This document shows positions 17,717 through 26,943 of a stretch of DNA of 43,986 bases, in pieces. This DNA is from Candidatus Shapirobacteria bacterium (GTDB lineage Bacteria; Patescibacteriota; Microgenomatia; UBA12405): positions 1 to 43,986 of the forward strand of contig QKGR01000019.1 of the NCBI GenBank assembly GCA_003250375.1. The letters run 5' to 3'. Every line of letters begins with the position of its first letter. Within the stretch, counting starts at the first letter, position 1. The notes under the pieces are model-generated. The model was given only the letters and a program-made list of their open reading frames with translations, did not search any database and was not told the DNA's origin. The position numbers were made by a program, and so were the translations under genes.

Positions 17717-18142
17717 TTATTCAACAATTTCCAAACCCATGGAACGGGCAGTACCCATAACCATGCGCATAGCAGCTTCAACATCTTTGGTGTTGAGGTC
17801 GACTAGTTTGTCTTGAGCAACTTGCTTAATTTGAGCCATGGTAATTTTACCGACTTTTTCGCGGCCAGTGGTACCAGAACCTTTTGAAAGACCGATGATT
17901 TTTTTGATCATGTCGGAAACAGGAGGTTTTTTAATGATGAATTCGAAAGAGCGATCTTCGAAGATGGTGATGATAGCAGGGATAAGAGATCCGCGCATAT
18001 CTTTGGTTTTTTCATTGAATTCATTACAGAAATCCATGATCTTGATACCATGAGGACCAAGAGCGGTACCGACTGGAGGAGCGGGATTGGCGCTGCCAGC
18101 TTGGATAGCGAGTTTGACGATTGATTTAATTTTTTTAGCCAT
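17717..18142 (-). CDS. rplK: 50S ribosomal protein L11
   Basis: MAKKIKSIVKLAIQAGSANPAPPVGTALGPHGI... The start was moved to the ATG at 18142. The track ORF has a 15-aa spurious extension. Confidence 0.95.
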   Translation of the reverse strand: MAKKIKSIVKLAIQAGSANPAPPVGTALGPHGIKIMDFCNEFNEKTKDMRGSLIPAIITIFEDRSFEFIIKKPPVSDMIKKIIGLSKGSGTTGREKVGKITMAQIKQVAQDKLVDLNTKDVEAAMRMVMGTARSMGLEIVE

Positions 18143-18211
18143 TGTTGTAAAAATATTTAATTGGTCTGGTAGAAGCCTCCGGTTCATACGGAGTCCAGGA
18201 ATTATGCGTTG

Positions 18212-18226
18212 TATTATCTAATAAAT
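18212..18226 (-). promoter_or_regulatory. candidate rplK promoter -10 region (shared 15-mer)
   Basis: Same ATTTATTAGATAATA (minus strand) as upstream of rplA. Confidence 0.4.
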
Positions 18227-18248
18227 AGGGGAAAAAGGCAAGAAGAGG

Positions 18249-18449
18249 CTAGGAGATTTTAATAGTAAAAATTTTCCTGCATCTTGGGCATTTCGTGTCT
18301 ATTTGAGTAATTCCATTTTTCCTTAGATTAGGCAATTCTGAAAGCTCAAATGAGTTGCCGCATTCTCTGTGAAGTACAACGGTACCTTCTTTTAATTGCA
18401 ATCCCGAGGTTTTACCTGATGCACCAAAAGATTCAAATGATCCTGACAT
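18249..18449 (-). CDS. small zinc-ribbon-like hypothetical protein (66 aa)
   Basis: HRECGNSF ... CPRCRKIF cysteine/histidine pairs. Sits upstream of rplK. Confidence 0.4.
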   Translation of the reverse strand: MSGSFESFGASGKTSGLQLKEGTVVLHRECGNSFELSELPNLRKNGITQIDTKCPRCRKIFTIKIS

Positions 18450-18604
18450 ATCTTTATTAAAATAATGCCTTATTATACCACATAATTAAAATATATAAAT
18501 AGATTTTTGGAATCGAACGCTGAGGGAGTAATTATGTTGATACTAAAGTCCTTTTGATTGGAATTATCGGCTATTTATAGAGTATTTGTGATATAATAAC
18601 TACT

Positions 18605-19036
18605 ATGAGATACGAAATTGCTCATTCAGATATTAGAGATCCTGGTTTTTTTGCCACAGTTGCTTTACCTGCGATTGATGATGAAATTGGAAAGTTGCAA
18701 TCGTACGGAAGAGGCTATCCAATGAGGAATTGGGTGGAAATTAATGGAAAACAAAGAGTCTACTTTGTAGAGACAAAAGATTGGAAATTATTAGTACCTA
18801 TCAGTGCTACCGTTCGTGCTGCTTCCGAATTGTCTGGTGTGAGTGAGAAGAAGTATGTAGATAGAATATTTGACTCAGAAATTAAAATCAGAACATCAGA
18901 AATTGTTCCAGATGATCCTGTTAGTTTCGATTATGGTGTTCGTGTTTTGTTTAAAAAGATGTTTGAAACATATTTGGGAAAACCTTACACACTTCCAGTA
19001 TTGAGGAGCAGGATAAGGTCGATTCTGTCGCAGTAA
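18605..19036 (+). CDS. hypothetical protein
   Basis: 143-aa ORF. TGaTATAAT (extended -10, 18589-18597) ends 7 nt before the ATG, which suggests a leaderless start. Confidence 0.5.
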   Translation: MRYEIAHSDIRDPGFFATVALPAIDDEIGKLQSYGRGYPMRNWVEINGKQRVYFVETKDWKLLVPISATVRAASELSGVSEKKYVDRIFDSEIKIRTSEIVPDDPVSFDYGVRVLFKKMFETYLGKPYTLPVLRSRIRSILSQ

Positions 19037-19052
19037 CTTTGTGATTAGGCTT

Positions 19053-19415
19053 CTATTTTCTAGAATTACGGGCGATAAATTCAGTAGATTCCTGGTCGGT
19101 GGTTGGTGAAAGACGATGGCGAGTAGAAAATTGTCTGGGGTCGATTTGATCTTTGGCGATTCTGATGGAATTTGGCTGAGTTCCACGGAGGTAAATACCG
19201 TCGACGGTGTACGATGTAGGAGGTGAACCGGCGATCTTATCGTAGTTAAATTGAACTAGATGACATCTACTGCCTTCTTGCTGACGGACAGGTCGGACGA
19301 GGAGGTGAGCTTGGGCTAATCGATCGGAAACGGGAGATTCCAAACCATTTGAGTCGACATAAATTTGCTTGATGTGATAGATATGACCATCAATAATTTC
19401 GACAAGTTCTGACAT
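19053..19415 (-). CDS. hypothetical protein downstream of nusG
   Basis: 120-aa ORF on the same strand as nusG, 49 nt downstream of it. No family recognised. Confidence 0.5.
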   Translation of the reverse strand: MSELVEIIDGHIYHIKQIYVDSNGLESPVSDRLAQAHLLVRPVRQQEGSRCHLVQFNYDKIAGSPPTSYTVDGIYLRGTQPNSIRIAKDQIDPRQFSTRHRLSPTTDQESTEFIARNSRK

Positions 19416-19464
19416 AAAATAATTATATCAAACTATAGCTAAATGGTTTTTGAAAATAAGGAGG

Positions 19465-20061
19465 CTAGAGCTCTTTGGTGATTTGGAGGAAGTCCAATTC
19501 AACTGGAGTTTCACGCTCGAAGAAGGAGACGAGAACTCGGACCTTGGCTCGCTCGTTGTCGATAGAATCGATGGTACCAATGAAATCGGTGAATGGACCA
19601 TTGGTGATTTTAACGACTTCGCCAATGGAGAAGGCGGTTTGGAATTTTGGTTTGTCTTCTTCAGTGGTCTTGAGAATTTGATCAACTTCTTTTTGGGAAA
19701 TAGGAGTAGGTTTGTTGTCGATACCAATGAAATCGGTGACACCCTGGGTAGTTTTGACGGTAATCCAAGAATCGTCGTCGAGAGCCATTTGGATAAGAAC
19801 ATAACCTGGATAGGTTTTTTCTTGGGTTTTGACTTTGGCGCCGCGGCGGATGATCATTTTAGATTGGACGGGGATGATGGCTTGGAAGATTTTGTCTTCT
19901 AGTCCGAGAGTGCGGATTCTGGTTTTGAGAGCTTCGATAACTTTGTATTCATGGCCTGAATAGGTGTTGATGACGTACCAGGCGGCATCGAAACTAGGTT
20001 CTTGTGAAGATAGTTTGAAAAGGAACTCTTTCTTTTTAGTTTTAGTGTTGGTTTTTGGCAT
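19465..20061 (-). CDS. nusG: transcription termination/antitermination factor NusG
   Basis: NGN domain (WYVINTYSGHEYKV) and KOW motif (GEVVKITNGPFTDFIGTI). Confidence 0.93.
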   Translation of the reverse strand: MPKTNTKTKKKEFLFKLSSQEPSFDAAWYVINTYSGHEYKVIEALKTRIRTLGLEDKIFQAIIPVQSKMIIRRGAKVKTQEKTYPGYVLIQMALDDDSWITVKTTQGVTDFIGIDNKPTPISQKEVDQILKTTEEDKPKFQTAFSIGEVVKITNGPFTDFIGTIDSIDNERAKVRVLVSFFERETPVELDFLQITKEL

Positions 20062-20076
20062 AGCTAGTATTTTACC

Positions 20077-20373
20077 TTATTTTTTGGAAATTGGGGTAGG
20101 TGAGACTAAAATTTCTGGTAACTGAGTGGGAATAGCGTCTTGTTGGGGTTCGGTGCTGGTGTCGGTTTGGATAGTGTTTTGAGCGGGAAGAGAATTACCC
20201 AAAAGGCCGATGCTGTTGACGAAAATGTAGTCGAGGCCACCGAGTAGAGCAGAAATGATGATAGATACGGAAATAATTACGAATGTAAGCTGAATTAAGG
20301 TGTCTTTTTGGGGCCAGGTGATGTTCTTGAATTCAGCGGCGACTTCCTTGAGAAATTTAATAAGTTTTTGCAT
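20077..20373 (-). CDS. secE: preprotein translocase subunit SecE
   Basis: FLKEVAAEFKNITWPQKDT followed by one TM helix, upstream of nusG. TGcTACAAT ends 7 nt before the ATG. Confidence 0.85.
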   Translation of the reverse strand: MQKLIKFLKEVAAEFKNITWPQKDTLIQLTFVIISVSIIISALLGGLDYIFVNSIGLLGNSLPAQNTIQTDTSTEPQQDAIPTQLPEILVSPTPISKK

Positions 20374-20431
20374 GAGGGTATTGTAGCAGAATAATAGCTG
20401 CTGATTGTGCTTTTATTATATAATAGAGCTT

Positions 20432-20944
20432 ATGAGCAGGGAAATATTGAGAAAAGCTACAGAATTGACAGAAGTGGCTTATGAGACTTTGGGTGAGTGC
20501 GAGACAAGTTCAGGAATTGATGAATTTGCTTTTAAGGTAAAAGAGGGGACTTATGCAAGAGTAGTTGTACCGATTGGGGGAGGTTTATATAATTTTTCTA
20601 AAACTGATAAAGAGGCAGCTGATCGTTTGAGAGATAACTTGTGGACAGGCTTTGGTGTTGTTGTTTTTTATTCGTTTGCGGATAGTATTCCTGGGATGCC
20701 AGATGAGTTAGATTGGAATCATTTTGGGATTCGGATGTATGAAGGTAAAGATCAAAAGGTGGTGTCGGATCCACTTCTGTTTAGTCGAAGAGAGATTGGG
20801 GTGATTGTTAACTCACTTGAAAAGGGTGAAGGTTTTGGTTTGACAACAAGGGTAGATTTTTCAGATATGGAAAGAAGAATAGACTTACTTGGTGATGAGC
20901 AATGCGAGATGTTGGTGAGGAGAATAAGCCAATCAAGTGCTTGA
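20432..20944 (+). CDS. hypothetical protein
   Basis: The start was moved to the ATG at 20432 (MSREILRK). TATAAT ends 7 nt upstream. No family recognised. Confidence 0.5.
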   Translation: MSREILRKATELTEVAYETLGECETSSGIDEFAFKVKEGTYARVVVPIGGGLYNFSKTDKEAADRLRDNLWTGFGVVVFYSFADSIPGMPDELDWNHFGIRMYEGKDQKVVSDPLLFSRREIGVIVNSLEKGEGFGLTTRVDFSDMERRIDLLGDEQCEMLVRRISQSSA

Positions 20945-21042
20945 CGAGTTGTAAAAGTCGAGAAGATTATAAGAATGGATTGGGTGTGTGTCTTAGGTAA
21001 AATAATGTGCTTGAATCAAGTGTGTATAGTGTATAAATAGTT

Positions 21043-22677
21043 ATGGTTGCTGATGCTTTAATAAATGTTTTAAATGCTGACGATCTAATTGTGAATTCTC
21101 AGAGAAGGGGATTTGATTTAGATGAATATAAAGAAAAGACTGGGCATGATAAAGTTCACATTTCACCAGCGAGGCTTAGTGAACACTATACTGGACGCAA
21201 GAGGCTCGATAGTGATTTATTAGAAAACTGTAAAAAGATTAATGAAAAGATTGGTACTGTGAAGCATAGGAATAATCCTGATCAACAGGAATATTTAGAT
21301 AGCCAATTAGATAAGTATGTCGTTGAGCATCCACAATGGGAGCTCAGGTTGAGAAATGGAGGGATTGTGGATGTTTTGGGTTTTGGACTTGAGGTAGCAA
21401 AAGCAGGTATGGGGCAACATGATAGTGGTTTTAATCCAGATTTTATAACAGAGGCTTTTGATGTCGATAATCCTGCGCGTACTAAATGCGCTGTGTTTAA
21501 TATGATGTATCAGGTTATTTGTGAACGTACGATTGGTAAGTTTAATCCTGCATTAGGAGAAAGTTATTCTTTTATTCATACTGGTAGTGCCTTTGCGTTG
21601 GATTTACCTAGAAATAAGAATGATTACATAAAAATGATTAGACATGCGTTTGTGACTTTGATTTCAGAAGACGATGATGGAAGATTGAGATATACCCCGA
21701 TTGATCCTTATCATGAGGAGTCGGGCACTTCGGTTGAACAGAAATTAGATTTTTCAGAAACAAGATCACTTGATTCTTTGGAGATGGTTCTTAATTTAGT
21801 GTTTGCTGATTATTGGAATGGGTATAGTTTGGATAAAGCAGGTAAACAAGTTAAGGGTGTTGCATTGACGGAAATGGTGAAATCCGCTCCTGATGCGGTT
21901 AATGCTGGAGAAGTTGCTTTATTGTTGAGTTATCAATGGAGAGGGGTGTTTGAAGACAGTACAAAGGCTCGAGTAAATTTTGAAAGTAAAAGAAAGATCT
22001 TAGCTGAACGAGTACATAATTTCCAAATGGAGTTAGAACGATTTAAATCTGAAGGGAGAGATGTTGATATGAAAACAAGTTCATATTTACGAACTTTAAG
22101 GGATCACTGTGTTTCAATGTACAACCGACAGAATGAAAATTATCAGGAATTAAAACACAAAATGGAATTTGTTGAAAATAATAGAACTGAGTTTAAAGAA
22201 TCAATGAAAACAGCGGTAGGTGGCTTGATGGAAGAAATAGTAAAAGGTGGAGAGGTTAATTCTAAGGCCGCTTTAATATTCTTTGATTTGGTTGATAATA
22301 TTGGAAGTTTTGGAATAGAAATGGATGAAGAAGATTGGGTGAAGATTGTAGGATTTATTGAATCCCAGAGAGCGGAGAACCTAGATGAGTGGAAAAAAAC
22401 AATGTCTCCAGGTGCAAGACGAGAGTGGAAAAGTTACTTAAGAAGGCATTATGAAAATACTTGGGGTACTCAACCTGTTGAGACCGTTGTGTTGAAGGAA
22501 GATAATCTGCAGGTCGATGAAAATGATTCAAGATACGCTTACACACTGTATCGAGCCCAGGTACTCAAATTGATCAGTGCAGCTGGTGTGAATAGCTGGA
22601 AGAAATTTTTACCAAAAAGTCCTCCTGAAGGAAGTTACTCTGACTTGATGGTTAGACTAATACAACAGGAAGATTAA
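21043..22677 (+). CDS. hypothetical protein (544 aa)
   Basis: Long uninterrupted ORF with an A/T-rich -10-like sequence just upstream of the ATG. No family recognised. Confidence 0.55.
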   Translation: MVADALINVLNADDLIVNSQRRGFDLDEYKEKTGHDKVHISPARLSEHYTGRKRLDSDLLENCKKINEKIGTVKHRNNPDQQEYLDSQLDKYVVEHPQWELRLRNGGIVDVLGFGLEVAKAGMGQHDSGFNPDFITEAFDVDNPARTKCAVFNMMYQVICERTIGKFNPALGESYSFIHTGSAFALDLPRNKNDYIKMIRHAFVTLISEDDDGRLRYTPIDPYHEESGTSVEQKLDFSETRSLDSLEMVLNLVFADYWNGYSLDKAGKQVKGVALTEMVKSAPDAVNAGEVALLLSYQWRGVFEDSTKARVNFESKRKILAERVHNFQMELERFKSEGRDVDMKTSSYLRTLRDHCVSMYNRQNENYQELKHKMEFVENNRTEFKESMKTAVGGLMEEIVKGGEVNSKAALIFFDLVDNIGSFGIEMDEEDWVKIVGFIESQRAENLDEWKKTMSPGARREWKSYLRRHYENTWGTQPVETVVLKEDNLQVDENDSRYAYTLYRAQVLKLISAAGVNSWKKFLPKSPPEGSYSDLMVRLIQQED

Positions 22678-22723
22678 TCCCCGCAGAATAATTTAGCTGA
22701 TATAGATTTTTATACTTGTTGCT
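22675..22723 (+). repeat. 49-bp direct repeat, copy 1
   Basis: TAATCCCCGCAGAATAATTTAGCTGATATAGATTTTTATACTTGTTGCT is identical to 23653-23701. Confidence 0.9.
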
Positions 22724-22738
22724 ATAATTAATTTAATT

Positions 22739-23650
22739 ATGTCAGTAGATAACAATACTAATAAACCCCCGTTTGACGGTTTTAAGCCTATTACATTTGA
22801 ACCAGGAGAACTGAGCGAAATACCAGTTGGTGCTCCTAGTGAACTTAAACCATATGCAGGAAGTTTTACGCCTTTAGAAGATTTTAAAAAAGTGGATGCT
22901 AAACCGACAGAAGGAAACCTAGAGGGAGGTGCTGAATTGGTGGAGGAAGGAAGAAGGTTGGTAGATTCTATTGCTGAGACAATGTTTGATTCAGAAGATA
23001 GATTGAGGAGCGCTGCTACTCATTATCTTGACACATATACTGATTATCATGGAGGAGAAAGCTCGGCTACGGCAGATGTTGGAGTTGAGCCGGTGCTGAA
23101 CAATTTGAATAATCATTTGGCGATACATGGTGAGGTTGGCGATGAGTTTGCTAGAGTAGTAGAAAGTGTTCAGTCGGGAGTAGAGCAATCGATGAATTTA
23201 CTTAGAGAATTGAGGGATAGCCCGGCTGTCGATGGAAGGGCTATGTTGGCAGGTACTGAGATTCAGGAGTTGTATAAGCATATGGTGGCAACCGAAAGTG
23301 TTGATGAAGCTAAAAGATTGGCTGGTGAAATTAGTGCTATAATCGAAAGGGAAGGAAATTTTACGGATAGTAGTATAGAGAATTCTACGACAGCAGTATC
23401 TGTGGTGGAAGAAACCGCAGCAAATCAGAGCAATAGTTTTGAAGAATGGAGAAGGGAATATGGTGAAATTCACGAAGATAGACCAGTAGAAACATTAAAT
23501 GCATTCTCATTAGATTTAAGAGCACTTCAAGAAGTTGCACGTAGCAAAGGTGTGGAGTTTGGGGATAGAACTCGCTACTTATCCGGATCTGTGTCTGAAA
23601 TGAAAGCTACGTGGGATCGGTTTGAGTTGAAATATTTTTCGGAAAAATAA
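22739..23650 (+). CDS. hypothetical acidic protein (303 aa)
   Basis: ORF flanked by the perfect 49-bp direct repeats. No family recognised. Confidence 0.55.
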   Translation: MSVDNNTNKPPFDGFKPITFEPGELSEIPVGAPSELKPYAGSFTPLEDFKKVDAKPTEGNLEGGAELVEEGRRLVDSIAETMFDSEDRLRSAATHYLDTYTDYHGGESSATADVGVEPVLNNLNNHLAIHGEVGDEFARVVESVQSGVEQSMNLLRELRDSPAVDGRAMLAGTEIQELYKHMVATESVDEAKRLAGEISAIIEREGNFTDSSIENSTTAVSVVEETAANQSNSFEEWRREYGEIHEDRPVETLNAFSLDLRALQEVARSKGVEFGDRTRYLSGSVSEMKATWDRFELKYFSEK

Positions 23651-23652
23651 TC

Positions 23653-23701
23653 TAATCCCCGCAGAATAATTTAGCTGATATAGATTTTTATACTTGTTGC
23701 T
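23653..23701 (+). repeat. 49-bp direct repeat, copy 2
   Basis: Identical to 22675-22723. Confidence 0.9.
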
Positions 23702-23703
23702 GG

Positions 23704-23733
23704 TTGACCGACACTAAAGGTGGGGTCTATAGT
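23704..23733 (+). promoter_or_regulatory. candidate nrdR-nrdJ promoter overlapped by an ACACTA/TAGTGT inverted repeat
   Basis: TTGACC (23704-23709), 18-nt spacer, TATAGT (23728-23733). ACACTA...TAGTGT half-sites and a further ACGCTATGGGTAGTGT downstream resemble NrdR-box halves. Confidence 0.4.
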
Positions 23734-23838
23734 GTATTGCATACGCTATGGGTAGTGTATATTTGAAATTACTAATATAACCCAAAAATAGTGAAAAATG
23801 ATGAAAATCGGTCTGAAAAATAGCAGGAGGACAGAATA

Positions 23839-24291
23839 ATGTTGTGTCCTTATTGCGGTTTTGATGAGTCGAATGTGGTGGAATCGAGGGATGCTAAGGA
23901 AGGAAGAGCCACCCGAAGAAGGAGAGAGTGTGTGAAGTGTGGAAAAAGATTTACAACATACGAGGAAGTGGGAAACATTGAATTGAAAGTACAGAAAAAA
24001 GACGGACGAATCGAGGATTATAAAAGAGAGAAGTTGGAAAAGTGTATCGACAAGGCTTGTTGGAAATTGAGCAGTGAAGAAAAGAACAAACTATTGGATG
24101 AAATTGAAATGAGGCTTTTAAATTTTAGCTCGGTGGAAATTCCATCGAGGGAGATTGGAAGGATTGTGATGGAAAAACTTAAAGATTTTGATGAGGTGGC
24201 GTACATTCGTTTTGCCACGGTTTATTTGGATATCAAATCAATTAATGATTTTCAGGAATTAGTTAGTAATTTTAAAAAGAAAAATAAATAA
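23839..24291 (+). CDS. nrdR: transcriptional repressor NrdR
   Basis: MLCPYCGFDESNVVESRD...RRRRECVKCGKRFTTYE zinc ribbon plus an ATP-cone. SD AGGAGG upstream. Confidence 0.93.
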   Translation: MLCPYCGFDESNVVESRDAKEGRATRRRRECVKCGKRFTTYEEVGNIELKVQKKDGRIEDYKREKLEKCIDKACWKLSSEEKNKLLDEIEMRLLNFSSVEIPSREIGRIVMEKLKDFDEVAYIRFATVYLDIKSINDFQELVSNFKKKNK

Positions 24292-24293
24292 AA

Positions 24294-26885
24294 ATGAATC
24301 AAGACTTAATGCAGCAAACAAATTTAGGAAAGAGTACTTTGGAAGGGTTAATAGAGCCGAAGTTGTCGGACAATGCAAGATATATTGCAGAGACTCGATA
24401 TGCTATGAAAAATGAATCGGGGGAGACGACAGAAAAAGCTAAAGATATTTTTTGGAGAGTGGCCTACAACATTGCCAAGGGTGACCTTGGATTTTTGGAT
24501 CAAAATTTGGGAGACAACAATAAGGAGGAGTTGGTACTTCAACAAGCCAAAGTGTTTTATGGAGCAATGGCCGAACAAAAGTTTTTTCCAAATACACCAT
24601 GTTTGGTGAATGCAGGCAAAAAACATCAACAGCTTTCAGCTTGTTTTGTGCTGCCTGTGGACGACTCGATGGAGGGGATTTTGGGGACAATGTCGGATAT
24701 GGCATTGATTCACAAGTCCGGAGGGGGGACTGGTTTTTCGTTCACCAGACTACGACCTTATGGTGATTATATTTCGACTTCGGGCGGAACAACGGTAGGG
24801 CCAGTATCCTTTATGCAGGCCTACAATGATGTGACTTCGCAAATTAAACAAGGAGGAGTACGACGAGGAGCAAATATGGGGATGCTGTCGATTGATCATC
24901 CGGATGTACTAAGATTTTCGGTGGTAAAACTGGATGAATATAGCTTGACAAATTTCAACATTTCTTTGGCGGTGACCAATGCTTTCATGGATCGCGTTGA
25001 ATGCGATAAATCTTTTTGTACGGATGATTCAATTCCATCTGAGGTGGTAGATGAAATTAGAATTGCAGAACAGAATCGCGATGTGGATGCCCGACTAAGA
25101 GAAATCGAGGCTGGAGTAAAGAAACTTTATGATTGGGCTGAGGCCAAAAATGAAGGCGAGGGCTATGAGCTGATTAATCCAAGGACAGGAAAAGTAGCCA
25201 AAAAATTGAATGCCTACAAAGTGTTTAATTTAGTAACAAGATTGGCTTGGCAATATGGAGATCCGGGATTGGTGTTCATCGACAGAATGAACGATGAGCA
25301 TAGCAACCCAGTACCCAAAATGGGTAGAATTGAGGCGACTAATCCTTGTGGAGAGCAACCACTACTGCCTTATGATGCTTGTAATTTGGGAAGCATAAAT
25401 GTAAGTCGATTTGTAATTGAGACGCATAGTAATGCGTCTGTACAGGAGAAGGATATCGATTGGGATGATTTGGAAAGAGTGACAAAAGAGGCGGTGCATT
25501 TCTTGGATAATGTGGTGGAAGTTAATGAATTTCCGGTCCAAAAAATTAGGGAGATGGTGTCCAAAACCAGAAGAATTGGACTAGGGGTGATGGGTTTTGC
25601 TGATATGTTGTTTAAGCTTGGGGTGCGCTACGATTCGGAGGAAGGAATTGAGTGGGCCAAAAAGATAATGAAGTTTATCAACGACAAAGCTCATGAAGCA
25701 ACTGTAGAGTTGGCTAAAGTTCGGGGAGTATTTCCGGCTTGGGAAGTGTCGGTGTTTGAGGGGACTGAATATAGACCACGTAATATGGCTTTGACTACGA
25801 TTGCTCCAACGGGAACAATTTCGATGATTGCCGATGCTTCGTCGGGAATTGAGCCGGTGTTTAGTTTGGGATACCAGAAGAATACGGTGGAAGGAAAGAC
25901 TTTGTATATTATGAATCCGGTGTTTGTGGAGGAATTGAAGAGAAGAGATTTATATTCGGAAGGCTTGTTGGATAAGATTGTGAAGAATGGCGGCAAATTG
26001 GATGGTATTGAGGAACTACCAGATGATATTGTGGAGGTGTTTAGAACAGCTTTGGAAATTAGTCCGGAATGGCATATTAAAGTGCAGGCAGCCTTCCAAG
26101 AATATACCGACAATGCGGTGTCCAAAACAATTAATTTCCCCAAAGAAGCTACGTTGGACGACGTGAGAACGGCTTATTTGCTGGCCTACAAATTGGGAAC
26201 TAAGGGAATTACGATTTATCGATCGGGAAGTCGAGAGAAAGAGGTGATTCAGCAAGTGAAAAGTGACAAAAAAGATGTCAGTTCTTCAGATGTCAGATCT
26301 CAGGAAAACAATGTTGTGTGGCAAGAGAAAAAGAAGACTCCAGAAGCAGCCAGGGGAGTGCGGCTAAGAAAAGCTTGTGATATGGGAAAAGTGTACACAT
26401 CGGTATTTTTTGAAGAAGGGGATGGTCCAGTGGAAGTGTTCGTAACTTTGGGTAAATCGGGTGGATACATGGCAGGAGCTGCTGAGGTGACTGGGCGATT
26501 GGCTTCATTGGCTTTGAAATATGGGGCATCCTTGGAAGAAATTGCTGAGGAATTGGTAGGAATTGCTTGCGGCCAAAAAGTTGGATTTGGGCCCCAGGTA
26601 GTGCTGAGTATGTTTGATGCGGTGGGAAAGTCGCTTTTGGAGGTGTCCAAAGGCTCGCAATTGCAGCTATTTGAGGAAGAAAAGGTGAAGTTGGTCCTAC
26701 CTCAGGAAGAAGCAGCAGTGCAAGAGGCTGTGCCGGTGCAGGAAGTGTTGAGTGCGATTAGAAATAAATCGGCTGAGACGGAAAGTAAATTTAGTGCTTG
26801 TCCGGATTGCGGTTCGCCTTTGTATGCTGAAGAAGGCTGTTTTAAATGTTCAAATGCATATTGCGGATATTCCAAATGCTCTTAA
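24294..26885 (+). CDS. nrdJ: adenosylcobalamin-dependent (class II) ribonucleotide reductase
   Basis: Active-site region NPCGEQPLLPYDACNLGSIN, TIAPTGTIS, and the C-terminal Cys cluster CPDCGSPL...CFKCSNAYCG. 863 aa. Confidence 0.93.
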   Translation: MNQDLMQQTNLGKSTLEGLIEPKLSDNARYIAETRYAMKNESGETTEKAKDIFWRVAYNIAKGDLGFLDQNLGDNNKEELVLQQAKVFYGAMAEQKFFPNTPCLVNAGKKHQQLSACFVLPVDDSMEGILGTMSDMALIHKSGGGTGFSFTRLRPYGDYISTSGGTTVGPVSFMQAYNDVTSQIKQGGVRRGANMGMLSIDHPDVLRFSVVKLDEYSLTNFNISLAVTNAFMDRVECDKSFCTDDSIPSEVVDEIRIAEQNRDVDARLREIEAGVKKLYDWAEAKNEGEGYELINPRTGKVAKKLNAYKVFNLVTRLAWQYGDPGLVFIDRMNDEHSNPVPKMGRIEATNPCGEQPLLPYDACNLGSINVSRFVIETHSNASVQEKDIDWDDLERVTKEAVHFLDNVVEVNEFPVQKIREMVSKTRRIGLGVMGFADMLFKLGVRYDSEEGIEWAKKIMKFINDKAHEATVELAKVRGVFPAWEVSVFEGTEYRPRNMALTTIAPTGTISMIADASSGIEPVFSLGYQKNTVEGKTLYIMNPVFVEELKRRDLYSEGLLDKIVKNGGKLDGIEELPDDIVEVFRTALEISPEWHIKVQAAFQEYTDNAVSKTINFPKEATLDDVRTAYLLAYKLGTKGITIYRSGSREKEVIQQVKSDKKDVSSSDVRSQENNVVWQEKKKTPEAARGVRLRKACDMGKVYTSVFFEEGDGPVEVFVTLGKSGGYMAGAAEVTGRLASLALKYGASLEEIAEELVGIACGQKVGFGPQVVLSMFDAVGKSLLEVSKGSQLQLFEEEKVKLVLPQEEAAVQEAVPVQEVLSAIRNKSAETESKFSACPDCGSPLYAEEGCFKCSNAYCGYSKCS

Positions 26886-26943
26886 ATCCACCCCTAACCC
26901 CTCCTTTGACAAGGAGGGGAAATATAAACATAATTAAAAACAT

